From contig NW_024704742.1 in NCBI RefSeq assembly GCF_018977255.1, positions 86,864,001-86,928,000 on the forward strand: 64,000 nt of DNA, read 5' to 3'. Below the pieces are notes generated by a model, which did no database searches, was not told where the DNA came from, and saw nothing but the letters and a program-made list of their open reading frames with translations. The DNA is from Callorhinchus milii (lineage: Eukaryota). The position numbers were made by a program, and so were the translations under genes. Shown here one piece after another: positions 51,661 through 64,000 of this stretch (the first letter of the stretch is position 1; every line of letters starts with the position of its first letter).

Positions 51661-54071
51661 GAGAAGGGAGTTTCTTCCTGTGTTTTGGTCAACAACCCCC
51701 GAAATAAAAATTGGGCTATCATACCCTGGCTGTTTGTGGGACATTGCTGTCCTGGCAATTAGGTGTCATGTTTGCCCACAAAATACACAGCCACACTACT
51801 TACTGTATATCCTGTGAAGTGCTTTGAGATGTCTTGACGACATGATAAACCACTATATCAAGTTCAAAGTTTATTCTTAATACAAGTAACAGATAACAAG
51901 CTAAACACATTGAAGATTCAGTCAAATTTTGTTGCAAATTTAAAAAGCCTGAAAAGCTTCCTTTTCGACTGTGCTTACGGTCATCTCCTCCCCCGCACCC
52001 CCCCCCCCTCCCCAATTTGCACACAGCAATGTACACAAAGCAAGTGAGTAACCAATTATATCTGGGGTATTGTTGGCCAGGATGATGGGAGAAACACTCT
52101 TCTCTTTTTGAAAAGTGCTGTGGGATCTTTCAGATCCACTTGAACAAACAGAGAAGCCTCGGTTTAAATGTCTCATCTGAAGTAAAGAACCTCCGACAAT
52201 GCAGCACACAGTACTGCACTGAGGTCTCAGTTCCAGGATTCCACTTCTAAAGCTTTCATAATCTTTCAGCACAGAAGGACATTTGGCCCTTTGTGGTTAC
52301 GCCAGCTCTCCAAAGGCTATCAATTTAGTGCCACTCCCCTGCCTTTTCCTTTAAACAATGTACCTATTACAGAGCAGTTTTGTAATAGATTGAACAAAAT
52401 AATAAAGATAATGCGAGTTCATAGTTCTAAATTCAATGAGGATAGTGGCTATTTGCAAATAATAATAAATAATAATAATCCTTGCATTTGCTACAACGCC
52501 TTATTCTGTTGTTGAGACATCTCAAAGAGCTTCACAGAATATACTGTAAAGTGTACACTTTGTCGGTGAAATTGCCCAAGAGGCACATTCCTGAGAAGAA
52601 AATAGGGACTCTGCAATTCTAAAACAAAATTACAAGAACCTTTCTTCGACAACAAATTAAAACAACTGCTTGGCTATTTTCCTTCTGCAAAAACATAAAA
52701 TGTTAGGTTCTTTTCATAACTTGTAAATTGTAGGCAACAATTATTATATATAGCTTGCCATAGAAATTACTTCACACAAAAAAATGTCACTTGACACCCC
52801 CACCCTCCCCCACCGACATCATGATGCCAGTTTAACATTTCAGTCGTTCTGCCAGAAATTGCCTATCCTCATCTAATTTGAAAAGTGCTGAAATGAATTC
52901 TGAGAGGTTGCATTAGTGCTGTAACTTTTGGATACGTTGCATATATGAATTCAAGTCAATGAGCTTAGTAAACAGAGAATCCTGTCCCTCAAGCTCCACT
53001 TGGATATGACCTCAGTTCCAGGTGCGTGAGTTAATGTATTAAGTGGAACTCCAGAGTCAGCCATGACACATGTGCTATTTACTGATACTTTGCAAATCAT
53101 ACTCCAGGCTCCAATATTAGCGCTCATGAACAAAAAAATGACTTCACTTCATAAGGCAGTATCCTCTATTAAATAGTTAACGTGTATTGCACTTCTTTCA
53201 CCTAAAAAGGTCTCACATTTAAAAATGAACACATTTTTCCATCAGTCTTATCAGTTGTATTGATGCATTACTTTGCGATACTCTCTGTAAATAAAGGGCA
53301 GCAGCCAAAAATAACTTTTTCCATTGCTTCAGCCAGTTTTCAGAAGTATGAAACTGCACGTGGATAATTTCAAAAGGGTAATTATGTGTTAAAGAAAAAC
53401 ACAGTTCTGCAATTTGCTTTAATCAGCTGTGTTTTAGCAACAGTAAGTTTTGATTCTTTTCTTAAAAATACATGTGTTCCACTGGCTTGGAGTCCTTGTT
53501 TAAATGAGTGTGTTGACAACCTTTCTAATTGCTACCCTGCCATGTTAATACATCAGGAGACTGGAAATCAGACTGTGCTTATCCAAACATTTTCTTCATC
53601 AAGTCTCCAAGAGAGACCAAACATCAACATACAGGAGTACAGTGATAATACATAATGCTTATTTAACCGTACCTCTACTTCAATTACCATGCTAAATAAA
53701 GCAATTTGGCCTTGCATCACTTAGCAGTTGCACAACATTTTGGAGCTTCTAAATTATTGCAAAACTTCTCCCACTTTGAGTAAAGGGAAAATATAGATTT
53801 AGGGAGTTTTAGATTTAGGGAGTTTTGGAGTAACTTCTTTATGCAGAGGGTAGTGAGAATGTGTAATGCAATGCTGTGGAAGTTAATCTAACAATGGAAT
53901 TCTTCATATTTCAATTCTCTTTTGAACAATGAATTTTTTTCTGTTAGTTCAAGACCCAGTTAACCCCAGGCTATTAAGGATAATGTAAAAATCACGTCAT
54001 GAGAATATCTAGCAAAATGTGACATTTAAAAACTTTCAAAGAGAAATTGACGTGTAGAACATTCTAAATAA

Positions 54072-54750
54072 CACCCAACTCTACCTCTCTGCCTCCACCC
54101 TTGACTCCCGGACCACTGCTGTCCTGACAGAATGTCTGTCAGACATCAAGTCCTGGATGAGAGCCAACTTTCTACAGTTGAACGTCAACAAGACCGAGGC
54201 TCTCCTGATTGGCTCCCGTCAGCGCCTCCACACCTCAGACTCTGGGAGCTTCACCATCCATGGTTGCACACTTCACCTTGCTAAGCCAGTCCAGAACCTT
54301 GGGGTCCGGTTTGATCCTCAACTGTTCTTTCTACCCCACATCCATGCCATGACCTGCTCTGCCTTACCCCACCTCCGCAGCATCGCCTGGCACCACCACT
54401 GTCAGGGTCAATTTAACTTTCCCATACAGCTTCAGCTGAGCCCACAAACTGAGCAGGGACCAGGATTCGAGCCAGTAAACTCCAGGTCTGTAAGCTGCAA
54501 CTTCATCCACTGCATGATTAGTGCTGGCCCCCAATAACATTTCTTCAAGCTACTCAGCAGACAAAGATTTCATTCAGAACATCAAAATCTCCCTCCTCCC
54601 CTTCTATTCTCTTTTTTTCCTCCATCCTCGCTGCCCTCCACCCCTCCTGATCCCAACCTCCAGCTCAGGTGCAAATCCTTGACTGTCCAGCGCCTTGGGA
54701 CGTTCTCCCGACATGAAAGGCGCTATACAAATGTAATTTATTGTTGTTGT
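54072..54750 (+). mobile_element. L2 fragments
   Basis: WMRANFLQLNVNKTEALLIG...VQNLGVRFD; separate 3' tail at ~54590-54750. Confidence 0.85.
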
Positions 54751-55303
54751 TCCTCGCCCTAACTATATCCCTGTAATTTGGCAATATTGGACTTTTACAC
54801 TTTTTAATTTTATAATATAGACATCACATTTGACTCGTGATTCATTCGTCCATGATAATCACAAAGCTCTTTTGCAATTCATATGAACAAGTTCAGGGAA
54901 ACCTACGCAGGAAGCATCACATTTCCCATTCAAAACGGCAAGGCTATATGTAAATGAAACCTGAGAATATACAAAGTTTTCAGAAATAATTTGGACCTGT
55001 CACCACTCACTGCCTCCACAATACTCGATTTCTCCTATTCTAAAAATTATTCGCTTTTTGTGCTCAATCCAAGGAGCCTTGAAGTTGTAAATCCCCATTT
55101 CCGGGTAAACCTGCCTATAAAACCTCTGTTTTCTCTCTTTTGGTTTCTCTGTAGCAAAGAATTTTTAAAAAATTTATTGGGAATTTGCAGGTTGAAGGCA
55201 ATTTAAAAAATGGATAAAAGAGTAGGACAGAAAGCATCATATTGTAAATAACTGCGTACAATGATTTATATTCATATAATACCTGTGTCAAATTTCTACC
55301 TAC

Positions 55304-55603
55304 CCGACAATCACGCTGTAGAGTCTTCACCAACGCGTTATACGTTTCTGCATCAAAAAAGAGTCCATCGGACATATCCTGCATAAAGTCCAAGTCCTTG
55401 TAGGTCGGCGTGCTTTTCTCCCTTTCCTTTCTGGAGGCTCTCCTTTTGTAAGTTGAACCTTTCAAGTCGTATTTATAATGCATCCGCACAGAACGCGGCA
55501 GCACATTGTTCATGACTACAATTCTTATGTTACTGCCGCCCGATTGCATGCAGTACAATCCATAAAACTTGGGCAGAAGTGTCCTCAGGTTCTGGTTCAA
55601 GTT
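55304..55603 (-). CDS. PIP5K1B: PIP5K1B exon (300 nt) with DLKGS motif
   Basis: [37 protein letters not shown]...[18 protein letters not shown]...LQRDCR; the CMQSGG and NNVLPR segments are beta-type. Confidence 0.97.
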
Positions 55604-55655
55604 CTGTAAATAATAAACCAGGCATTACAGCTTTGGATAAAACATGCTGCTCTCT

Positions 55656-56535
55656 ACAACAACAAATTATATTTGTATAGCTCCTTGCATGTCGGGAGGA
55701 CGGCCCAAGGTGCTGGACCGTCAGGGATTTGATTCCCAAGCAGAAGGTTGGGATCGGGGGTGATGAAGGGCAGAGACGGCAAGGGTAGGAGGCTGGCGGA
55801 ATATGCAGTCGAAGAGGAGGATCTTGAGACATGTTTTGCAGGAGATAAGGGAGGGAGAGCAAGAAGAACGTAATGTGGGATGAAGTTCCAAAGGGTGGAG
55901 GCAGAAGAGCTGAAAGCCCAACTGCCGATGGTGGGATGGGCCGGGTGGGGGACGAGAAGCAGGCCAGAGTCTCCTAAGTGGAGGGAGCAGACAGGTTGGT
56001 GTGGGGTTAGCAGGTCGCAGTGGTAGAGAAGGGCAAGGCCATGGAGGTCCTTGAAGGCGAGGACGAGGATTTTGAACTTTATCCTCTGGGGGATGGGATG
56101 CCAGTGGAGCCGGGTGAGGGTGGGGCTGATGGGGTCACAGAGCGAGAGGACACAAGCTGCGGAGTTCTGGATGATCTGCAGCTTCTGGAAGGAAGAGTTG
56201 GGAAGGTTGTCAAGCAGGGATTTGGTATAGTTGAACCTAGATGTATGTATGAGGGATTCAATGGCCTGAGGGGAGTGGCAGAGCCGGGCAATGTTGCGGA
56301 GATGGGGAAAGGCAGAGCAGGTCATTTAACAAATGGTTAAATTACAAAAACAACAACAAGATTACATTTGTATAGCGCCTTTCACGTTGGGTGGGTCGGG
56401 GGACGTGGAGCAGGCCAGAGCCGGCTGAGCGGAGGGAGCGGACGGGTTGGTAGGGGGTTAGGAGGTCACAGAAGTAGGGTGGGGCGAGGCCATGGAGGGC
56501 TTTGTATGTGAGAACCAGGATGTTGAACTGGATCC
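55656..56535 (-). mobile_element. Two adjacent L2 3' fragments
   Basis: Two (AAC)n tails at ~55656 and ~56345; LHWHPIPQRIKFKIL and YKALHGLAPPY motifs. Confidence 0.88.
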
Positions 56536-57799
56536 TAAAACACCTAAACTTGGACAAAAATAATCAAAAGCAAGTTTGGAATCAGACCAAACCATCTGCA
56601 ACCAGTTGGCAGCCAACACAAGACTGAGTTTAGAAACTGCACAAAGTGAATTTAACATATGAATTATTGAACTGAAGACCTCATATTAGCATTAGACGTA
56701 ACATGTTGTTTTGTTTCTGTATGTGAGGTAATCCCAGAAACTGGGAGAATTCAATTCCACCTTATTCAGCATTGCAAACATCTCAACAATAAAATTCAAA
56801 TGAGTTTATAAAAGTGCGCAAATTTAGAATATCTTATATATGAGCCATTTACAGGTCACTCTTTCAAACTTCTATAAATATAATAAATATAACAATAATC
56901 CTTGCATTTGAGATAGCGTCTTATCACGTCACTGAGATGTCTCAAAGCCCTTCACAGAATATACTGTAAAGTGGATTGACTGTAGTTTGTGGACAAAATG
57001 CAGCATCTAATTGTGCACAGCAGTGTCCCACATACAGTGGTGGCTTGGTCGTCCAAATTAATGGTTTGCATCCGGCAAACATTTTCCTACTTGTGCTCCG
57101 AGTACAGATATGTTGATTTAAAGAAAGCTCACAGAAATCATTGCATAAATATTCAAGAAAAGTGAAGAAATAAACTGTTTAGAATTGTAGCTCACTCTTC
57201 AACAGAGATAAACTGAGTTTGATTGACACAACTGTAACCTCTACGTGTTCATTTGTATTCCAAAGTGGAAGCAGCCTGGAGACAAATTAAAAAAACCTGT
57301 TCCGTTTTAAGTACAAGATATGATTTTTGACTTGAGGGCAAGTTAATCTCCCTTCTCTTGCATCGTGTAGCAATTTTTTCCTATTCAGCGCTCACAAAGT
57401 TGATCTTTGTGTTCAGTTTCCGAGATACCAATTTGTATTCTTGTACTTTGACGAGAAGAGGAGAGATGATATTCAACATCCTTCACAATCTGTGGTCATT
57501 CAATTTGCTTCCTTTGCAAACTGTGCAAGGCACTTCACTCTCACGTCTGGATTGTAACAGAGTTACTCCTGATGTCTTTCCTGCTGTAGTTCCTGATGGT
57601 TAATCTCTGTCTTTTGTTTATCCAGGTACACATCTCAAGATCACTTTCTTATTCATCTATTTGGTATGTTTATGTTTATTTTGCCCCTACTGCACTTGGG
57701 TGCATAATTGTCCTGTAGGCATTGCATAATGTTCTTTAGGGATGCCCATTTATCCTTAACTGAGTTGTCCTTGAGAAATGCTTTCCATTCTGTGTCTCT

Positions 57800-58140
57800 T
57801 AGCTTGGCCACTTTTACCCCTAAAGTTTACCTGTCTAATGTTGTACACTAGAGTTTGGTTGCATGCTGGTGCAGTTGCCCCATCAAACAGAAGGTTATTG
57901 AGCTGTGATCACTGTCCCCTAATAGAACAACTACTTCCACTTCCTGAATAACGTCTGGGTCTCTGACTTGAACTCAATCAAGAAGAGAGCTGCCCCTTCT
58001 GGGCTCCCTGACACACTGAGTCAGGAAGCAGTCATGCACTACACTTACAAACTCAGTCTTTCACACTTGGCCATTCCCAGTTTATGTTGGGCTGATTGAA
58101 GTCCCCCAAATAATGTGATCAGTACGATTTACAATCCTGA
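57800..58140 (-). mobile_element. Old CR1 endonuclease-domain relic
   Basis: GDFNQPNINWE (~58070-58105) and LGDSDHS (~57900-57922), APE-type endonuclease motifs. Confidence 0.7.
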
Positions 58141-58295
58141 ATTTCTGGATTCCTCGACCAATCCCCCCACTCTCATCCACTCCTCAATTCTAGTTGAATA
58201 AAGACATCCTTCTTTTTCCAAAACCGAGCACGGTTATGCATCTATTTGGATGCAGAGCATACACGGACAAAGTTAAAAGACCTGCTGTTTCTTAC

Positions 58296-58448
58296 CATAT
58301 AATAGCCTGGCAGTAGCTTCTGCAAGAACTCTGCTTCTTTGTGCTGTACTGTCTTTATGATGAATTCATCATCACTCGTCACATAAAATAAAGACCCGCT
58401 AGCACCGGGATTCGAAAGCTCTATCAGTGGTTCGTTGCATAAAGAATA
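58296..58448 (-). CDS. PIP5K1B: PIP5K1B exon (153 nt): G-loop and catalytic Lys (IIKT)
   Basis: [51 protein letters not shown]; cag / GTAAGA sites. Confidence 0.97.
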
Positions 58449-59697
58449 CTGCCAAGACAGAAAGAAAGAAAAATCAATTTAAAATGTTAAATTTAAAAGT
58501 CAGTCATACATTTGTTGGGTGTGTGAATGTTGAATAATGCTCAGTTTCGTATGATGTTAGCAATTTTAATCCAAACTGGATACAAAGAAGGAATAAAAAA
58601 ACATTTATGTATTCTAATAAGAAACTCACAAAGAAACTTGCATTTCCAGGCAAATGAGATTTTTACATCCATAATACAGAGCCACACTGTTTGAATACCC
58701 CACCCCCACCACCCACCATCAATTGAGTATTGGTTTCTAAAGTGCAGTTCTCCAAGGACTCATGCTAAGGTCTCCAGGGACTCAACTTGGCTTCCAACCC
58801 TGACTAATCTGCTTTCCACAAGAAAAATCTGCTTTCCATTTTTTCAAGGTTTGTTTATAACTTAACCTCAGAGATACTGGACCCAGATGACTACATCATA
58901 ACAGGGAAAAACAGCATCGAAAACAAAAGTTTATACAATATCACTAAATAAGGCAAATATGCACCAATCTGTTTACATAATGACTTGGGTCATGAAGGAG
59001 GAATCAATCAAGACAGGAAATTGAGTTAGTAATAATAAAAACCTGTGCATTTGATATAGTGTCTTATTATAACCTTTCAAAGCCTTTCACAAGATATACT
59101 GTTAAGTGCACTGGGTGGAGTACACAAGGATATCATTCTCAGACTGTTTTGGTGCCTGAGAGGGGGAGGGAAAAAAAGAAAAAATACTTTGCATTGATTA
59201 TATAACCAAACATTCATTACACTAGCTAACATTACAGATTTTTCCATTTCTGTACATAGCTTGCTTGTTCAAAATATAAGGGTTAAGACCTGCTGCTTGC
59301 CCTTATAATATGCAAAGGACGTCCTACTGATGTGAAAGGCGCTTTACAAATTACAAGAAGTCATGTAATTTTGTATTGTAAAGTTCCTGGCTATTACGAT
59401 CCAGCCCATCTCTTCAGAAACTTGTATAAATTACACATAGATGAGGGTAAGAAATGCAAGCAGCATTAACAAAATCAACTTTTGAATGGAAGACTATGAT
59501 GACAGAGCAGCGGATGGAGGACCCACAGTGAGCCCACCCACCCCAGGCTGCTAACGTAGGGAAAGCAATTTTTAAGTCCATTTTAGACTCTTGACAATAA
59601 CAGTAACTTTATATGTGGAGGTCATTTGGCCAATCTGAACTAAAGATAGTACTAGCTCTTTCATTGAAGCTATCCTCATCTCAGACCCTATTATATT

Positions 59698-60075
59698 AGA
59701 GTCCTGTAGCTCAGTGATTAGAGCACTCGCCTCACAAGCGAGAGTCCTGGGTTCGATTCCCGGCTGGGGGAAACGTTGGGCAAGTTTCCTTACTCCACAC
59801 GCCTCTGTTTACCTAGCAGTAAGTAGAAACTCGGTTGTTAGTTGATTGGCGGATCGCTTTTCCGGGGATAATAATTCCTTCTAAAAAATTTAAAAAAATA
59901 ATATTTTGGTCTCTCAATCCATGACTGTTTGTGGGACACTGCTGCTTGCAATTGGCTGCTGCGTTTCGCCCACAAAATATACACTCAATTCACTTTATAG
60001 TATATTCTGTGAAGCGCTTTGAGACATCTCGAAGACGTGATAAGGTGCTATATCAAATGCAAGGATTATTATTAT
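59698..60075 (+). mobile_element. tRNA-derived SINE, long subfamily
   Basis: Same head type plus an extra internal segment CTCTGTTTACCTAGCAGTAAG...GATTGGCGGATCGC. Confidence 0.9.
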
Positions 60076-60922
60076 ATCTTTGAGGAGGAAATCCTTGTAA
60101 AATAGTGTTGCAGATATTTCTACTATTAATCTACTAAATGCTATGTCAAATACAAGGATTATTATTACATTAGCTACAAATCTGAGTCACCTGATTGAAA
60201 TTGGTCACAAATTTAAACCAATTTAGGACCACGTTTCAAACTATCCTGCTATCCTGTAATGCAATAAAACAATTGCCACTCTTCTCTGACCCTATCCAAA
60301 ACACCTGTGCAACAAGAGTTGCATTCATGCAGCAGACAGAAAAGACACTCAAATGACAGTGATGTGCTCCTTTTGAATTTGCAAGATTTACCACTGGTCT
60401 TTAATGTGTGATCATGCCATAGAGGTAAATGTTCAAGGACGAGGAAATAAATCTGCTGGTACTGGTGACAATTTGATACAGGTACTTTGGCAGGGTTTCT
60501 CAAAACAAGTCAAGAACATAGGGGGCAGTTTTTTTTAAGTGATCTCTAGAAAACTCCAATCAAAATAATTACTGTTTAAAGAACAGGACAGAACAAAATG
60601 GAAAGATGTAGATAACAGTTACCTCACAGGCAGACAGGAGAAAATAGCATGCAGCACAAAAAGAACTGGATCAAGTCCAGAAAAAAATATAATCTTATGA
60701 TTTAGATTACAGTCCTCATCTTATTTCTGCACTTCACTGGGTGAAATTTCAGGCTAAATGGTACATTAATGATGTAATAGCAGGCTATGCCAAGCAAGAT
60801 CTTGGATTTCTTTTTTAAAAAATAGTCGTCAAGTAAAATGGGTAAGGGCCAAATTAATTCCTTGACATATTATTTTTAAAGAAATGTAAATTTTTGATAA
60901 TTGATGATAAAAGCAGACTCAC

Positions 60923-61040
60923 CAAATAATCATCTGGCCTTATGTGAAAGAGTTCTCGGAAGTAGCGGAATGCCAAAGGTGCGTACGTCTTAAATCTGAA
61001 GTCTGGATAGCGATGTGCTGGAGTGAGATTGCTTCCTTCA
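60923..61040 (-). CDS. PIP5K1B: PI4P 5-kinase type I beta, internal exon (118 nt)
   Basis: (S)[39 protein letters not shown]; tttcag acceptor, GTGAGT donor. Confidence 0.96.
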
Positions 61041-61911
61041 CTGAAAGTCATTGAAAATGTGGTAAGGCGTTAATAGAAACAAAATGAAGAAAGAGCTGGA
61101 GACTGTATAGTAGAGCAACATGCATTTCCCAAACAGTTCACTGAATAATAATTTTCTGATATTGGCAGGAAAGCTCACTGTTTGGTTATAAATATGTCTC
61201 CCTTGCCTGTATTCACCCCCTGATACACTTCATTTGATTTCCCAATGATGCATCCCGTGCTTGATTTTTGTTGCATGGAACACGTTTTAAATAGTTAAAA
61301 GGGTTAACCTTACTGTGAATAGACTCCTTAATACAACAACTTGCATTTATATAGCATCCTTCACATGGTAGCATCTCGGTGGCTTGATACCGAGTTGGAA
61401 AGGAAGCGCAGGTGACCGAAGAGGAAAATCTTCAGGTATGATTTGAAATAGTCCACGGACTGAGTGTTTGCAATGATCAACAACATCTTACCTTCCCCAA
61501 TGTCAACTACATAATACGAATTTGAAGTTTCTTTTTAAAAAAGAGATATTGTGAGCCCCTGATAGAAATTAATTTCATATTATCCACTTGAAACATATAA
61601 TAAATTATATTTATGTTAAATGCAATGCTCGCTCCTATTGCGGCCCAAGTTTAGGCATCCACTTAGTTTTCAGCATCCAACAATACTATATAATCTTAGT
61701 ATTTCACATTGCTTTCGTTCCAAAGTCATCTGTCAATCTTTGCAAGATACNTTTTTTTGGGAAGTGGAAATTTATGAAGGGGAACAGAGATACATTTCTA
61801 ATGCTATATATAATTAGTTTGTACATAAGTCCTTGGCAAACATTTGTGCACATCACAGCAATTATTTGGATACAGGTGTTTGCAGAATATTCATTGAATA
61901 AGAGTTGTGAA

Positions 61912-62037
61912 TTTAAATGAAAAGTCAGTGAAACTATATGGTTCTCATAGCATTAATGAAATCTGGCAGGCTTTGTGAAATGCAAAAAGCATTTCCAAAA
62001 ATAGAATGTGTTCAGTTTCACTGACTTTTCATTTAAA
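61912..62037. repeat. Perfect 24-bp inverted repeat with 78-bp spacer
   Basis: TTTAAATGAAAAGTCAGTGAAACT at 61912-61935; exact reverse complement at 62014-62037. Confidence 0.95.
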
Positions 62038-63283
62038 GCTCTTACATGGAGTGGTACAACTCAGAAAACAGGGCATTTGGCCCAACTAGCTATGCCAGTA
62101 TTTATACTCCACATGAACCCACTTATTCCATATTGGATCATACTCTTTGAGACTTGTTGCCAATATGGAAGGTGCTGTGTAATGTAGATTTTATTGTAAA
62201 TCAGCTCTGACACAATGCACATTCTGCATGAAATACTTACAATTACTGGAAAGAGTTCCATTCTGACTCCTTATTAGAGAATTCTGCTAAAATCCAACAC
62301 ATATTATATCTATTAAAGACTGACAGCACAAAAATAGGCTTCAATCAGCATTTAATAGAATCATAGAAATTACAGCATATTAGGGAGCCATAATGGCCCA
62401 TTTAATTATGCTGGTGTGTTCTAATCCCAATTCCCATTGTGCTTTGATATCACTCCCCTTCAAATGTTTATCCAATATTATGGTCTTAATTTTAAGGGAC
62501 ACTAGGAGACGATCGTAATTTAATGAAAATAGTAGCATTCCATGTTCCTGCCTGAAAACAAAAAGTTCTATTCTTCCCCCTTAACTCTTCTAGTGAAGAT
62601 CCTGTGCTTTTGGTGTTGAATTATATTTTGAAGATAATATGACCCGATAGTCCTTATTACATGAGAGTACTTAAGAGGCCACCATTTACAAATCATAAAA
62701 CATACCCTCAGTGGATGTCTTGTTAGCTGAACAAAGAATACGTAAAGCTAGACGAGTTGGGTTCTATCAATTTACAACGCATAAACAAACAATCAAATGT
62801 GGTTTGTGATTATAGGAGGACAAATGATCCAAAATATCACCGTCGGCAAATATCACAGAAAAAACGTAAGCTCTGAAGAATATTACAAAAGAAAAACCTT
62901 CAGAAATCAGATACCAGNAAAAATGTAAGAAAGACTTGATATTGGTCAAAATCAAAACCATGCCACCACAAGTTTAGATGCGCAATATCTAGCTTTATTT
63001 TTTTAAAAATAGTTAATACGGAACAGTTAGAACAGCTGCTCCTATCAGGGTCCTAATTCCCCAAACATTCTTGGCAAGTATTCCTCCAGACAATTTAGAG
63101 CAGTTGTTCAAGTGACAGCTATTTTATTGAGCTGGACATTGAAAATTAGAATGAATGACCAAACAGTACTTAAATTTTCATCATTTCACTTCAAATTACT
63201 ATGTACACTATTGCATTTGTATTGGCACGTCAGCCTCCAATCTAAAAAAAGCAAATGACATCTTTCAGGTTTATAATGAGTTT

Positions 63284-63594
63284 GGAGTCCTGTAGCTCAG
63301 TGGTTAGAGCACTCGCTTTGCAAGCGAGAGACCTGAGTTCAATTCCAGGCAGGGCGAAACCTTGGGCAAGTTTCCTTACTCCACACGCCTAATAATAATT
63401 CCTCCAAAAAAAACAATAATAAATTGGTCATTTTCAATCTACGATTGTTTGTGGGACATTGCTGTGCGCAATTGGCTGCCGCGTTCGCCCACAAATATAC
63501 AGTCAATTCACTTTACAGTGTGTTCTGTGAAACGCTTTGGGACGTCCTCCCAACGTGAAAAGCGCTATATCAAATGCAAGGATTATTTTATTAT
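63284..63594 (+). mobile_element. Young tRNA(Ala)-derived SINE
   Basis: Same head, body and tail as the 15696 copy; TTATAATG occurs on both flanks. Confidence 0.92.
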
Positions 63595-64000
63595 AATGTG
63601 GATAAATGCAAGGCAACACATATTGCAATTGTAAGTAGTAGCAATGTGCACACCACAAAGGGATGCCCATTAGAGGTGGTCAGGGAAAAAGCTCTGAGTT
63701 TGATAAATGAACATTCACAAAAGATTTCCAGTCCCACATGATGCAGTTATCAGGAAAGCTAACCATTAAATGTCAAGAGTAATTGATACAAGACGAAGCC
63801 TAGTCACTTTAACCTTGTTTTGATCACAGCTGAAGCCACAGTTAGAATGCCTTGTGCAATTTGGACACTAACTTCAAGTATAACATTAAGGCCTTGAAAA
63901 GGGTTCAGAAATGAAAAATGAGGAGATAGAGATGAGACTAAAAAAAACTCGCACTGGAACAACTGAATACGTGCAACAGACTCCCAGGAATTGATACTGA

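Noticed and set aside
25592..56325. Several ~200-aa ORFs (25592, 28687, 40863, 55654) as host genes
   Set aside because: All are fragments or alternative frames of frameshifted L2 ORF2.
61751..62918. Two single N bases (61751, 62918)
   Set aside because: Assembly ambiguities in intron; no biological signal.

Overview
Vertebrate genomic DNA, most likely a cartilaginous fish (chimaera-like); the taxon is inferred from the L2/DeuSINE/CR1 repeat landscape, not shown directly. Two spliced genes lie on the minus strand in the conserved order PIP5K1B then FXN. PIP5K1B is present as nine phase-consistent internal coding exons (61040 to 39501) plus a probable terminal exon at 19443 and a 3' UTR ending near 18244; its 5' exons lie beyond the right edge. 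FXN (frataxin) has a CpG-island promoter and exons 1-3 (11066 to 3403); exons 4-5 were not found and are presumably beyond the left edge. The rest is intron/intergenic DNA rich in 5'-truncated L2 LINEs, tRNA-derived SINEs that share the L2 3' stem-loop, CR1 fragments and an unclassified ~600 bp repeat. I found no new multi-gene system. The best leads are: FXN promoter CCAAT/GC boxes apparently supplied by the unclassified repeat; a CTCF site between the two genes; two perfect intronic inverted repeats (32 bp and 24 bp); a dual-frame PIP5K1B terminal exon with candidate alternative exons; and ~30 bp LINE-tail micro-insertions plus insertions into the loop of the LINE 3' hairpin. Exon boundaries were read base by base; repeat boundaries are approximate.
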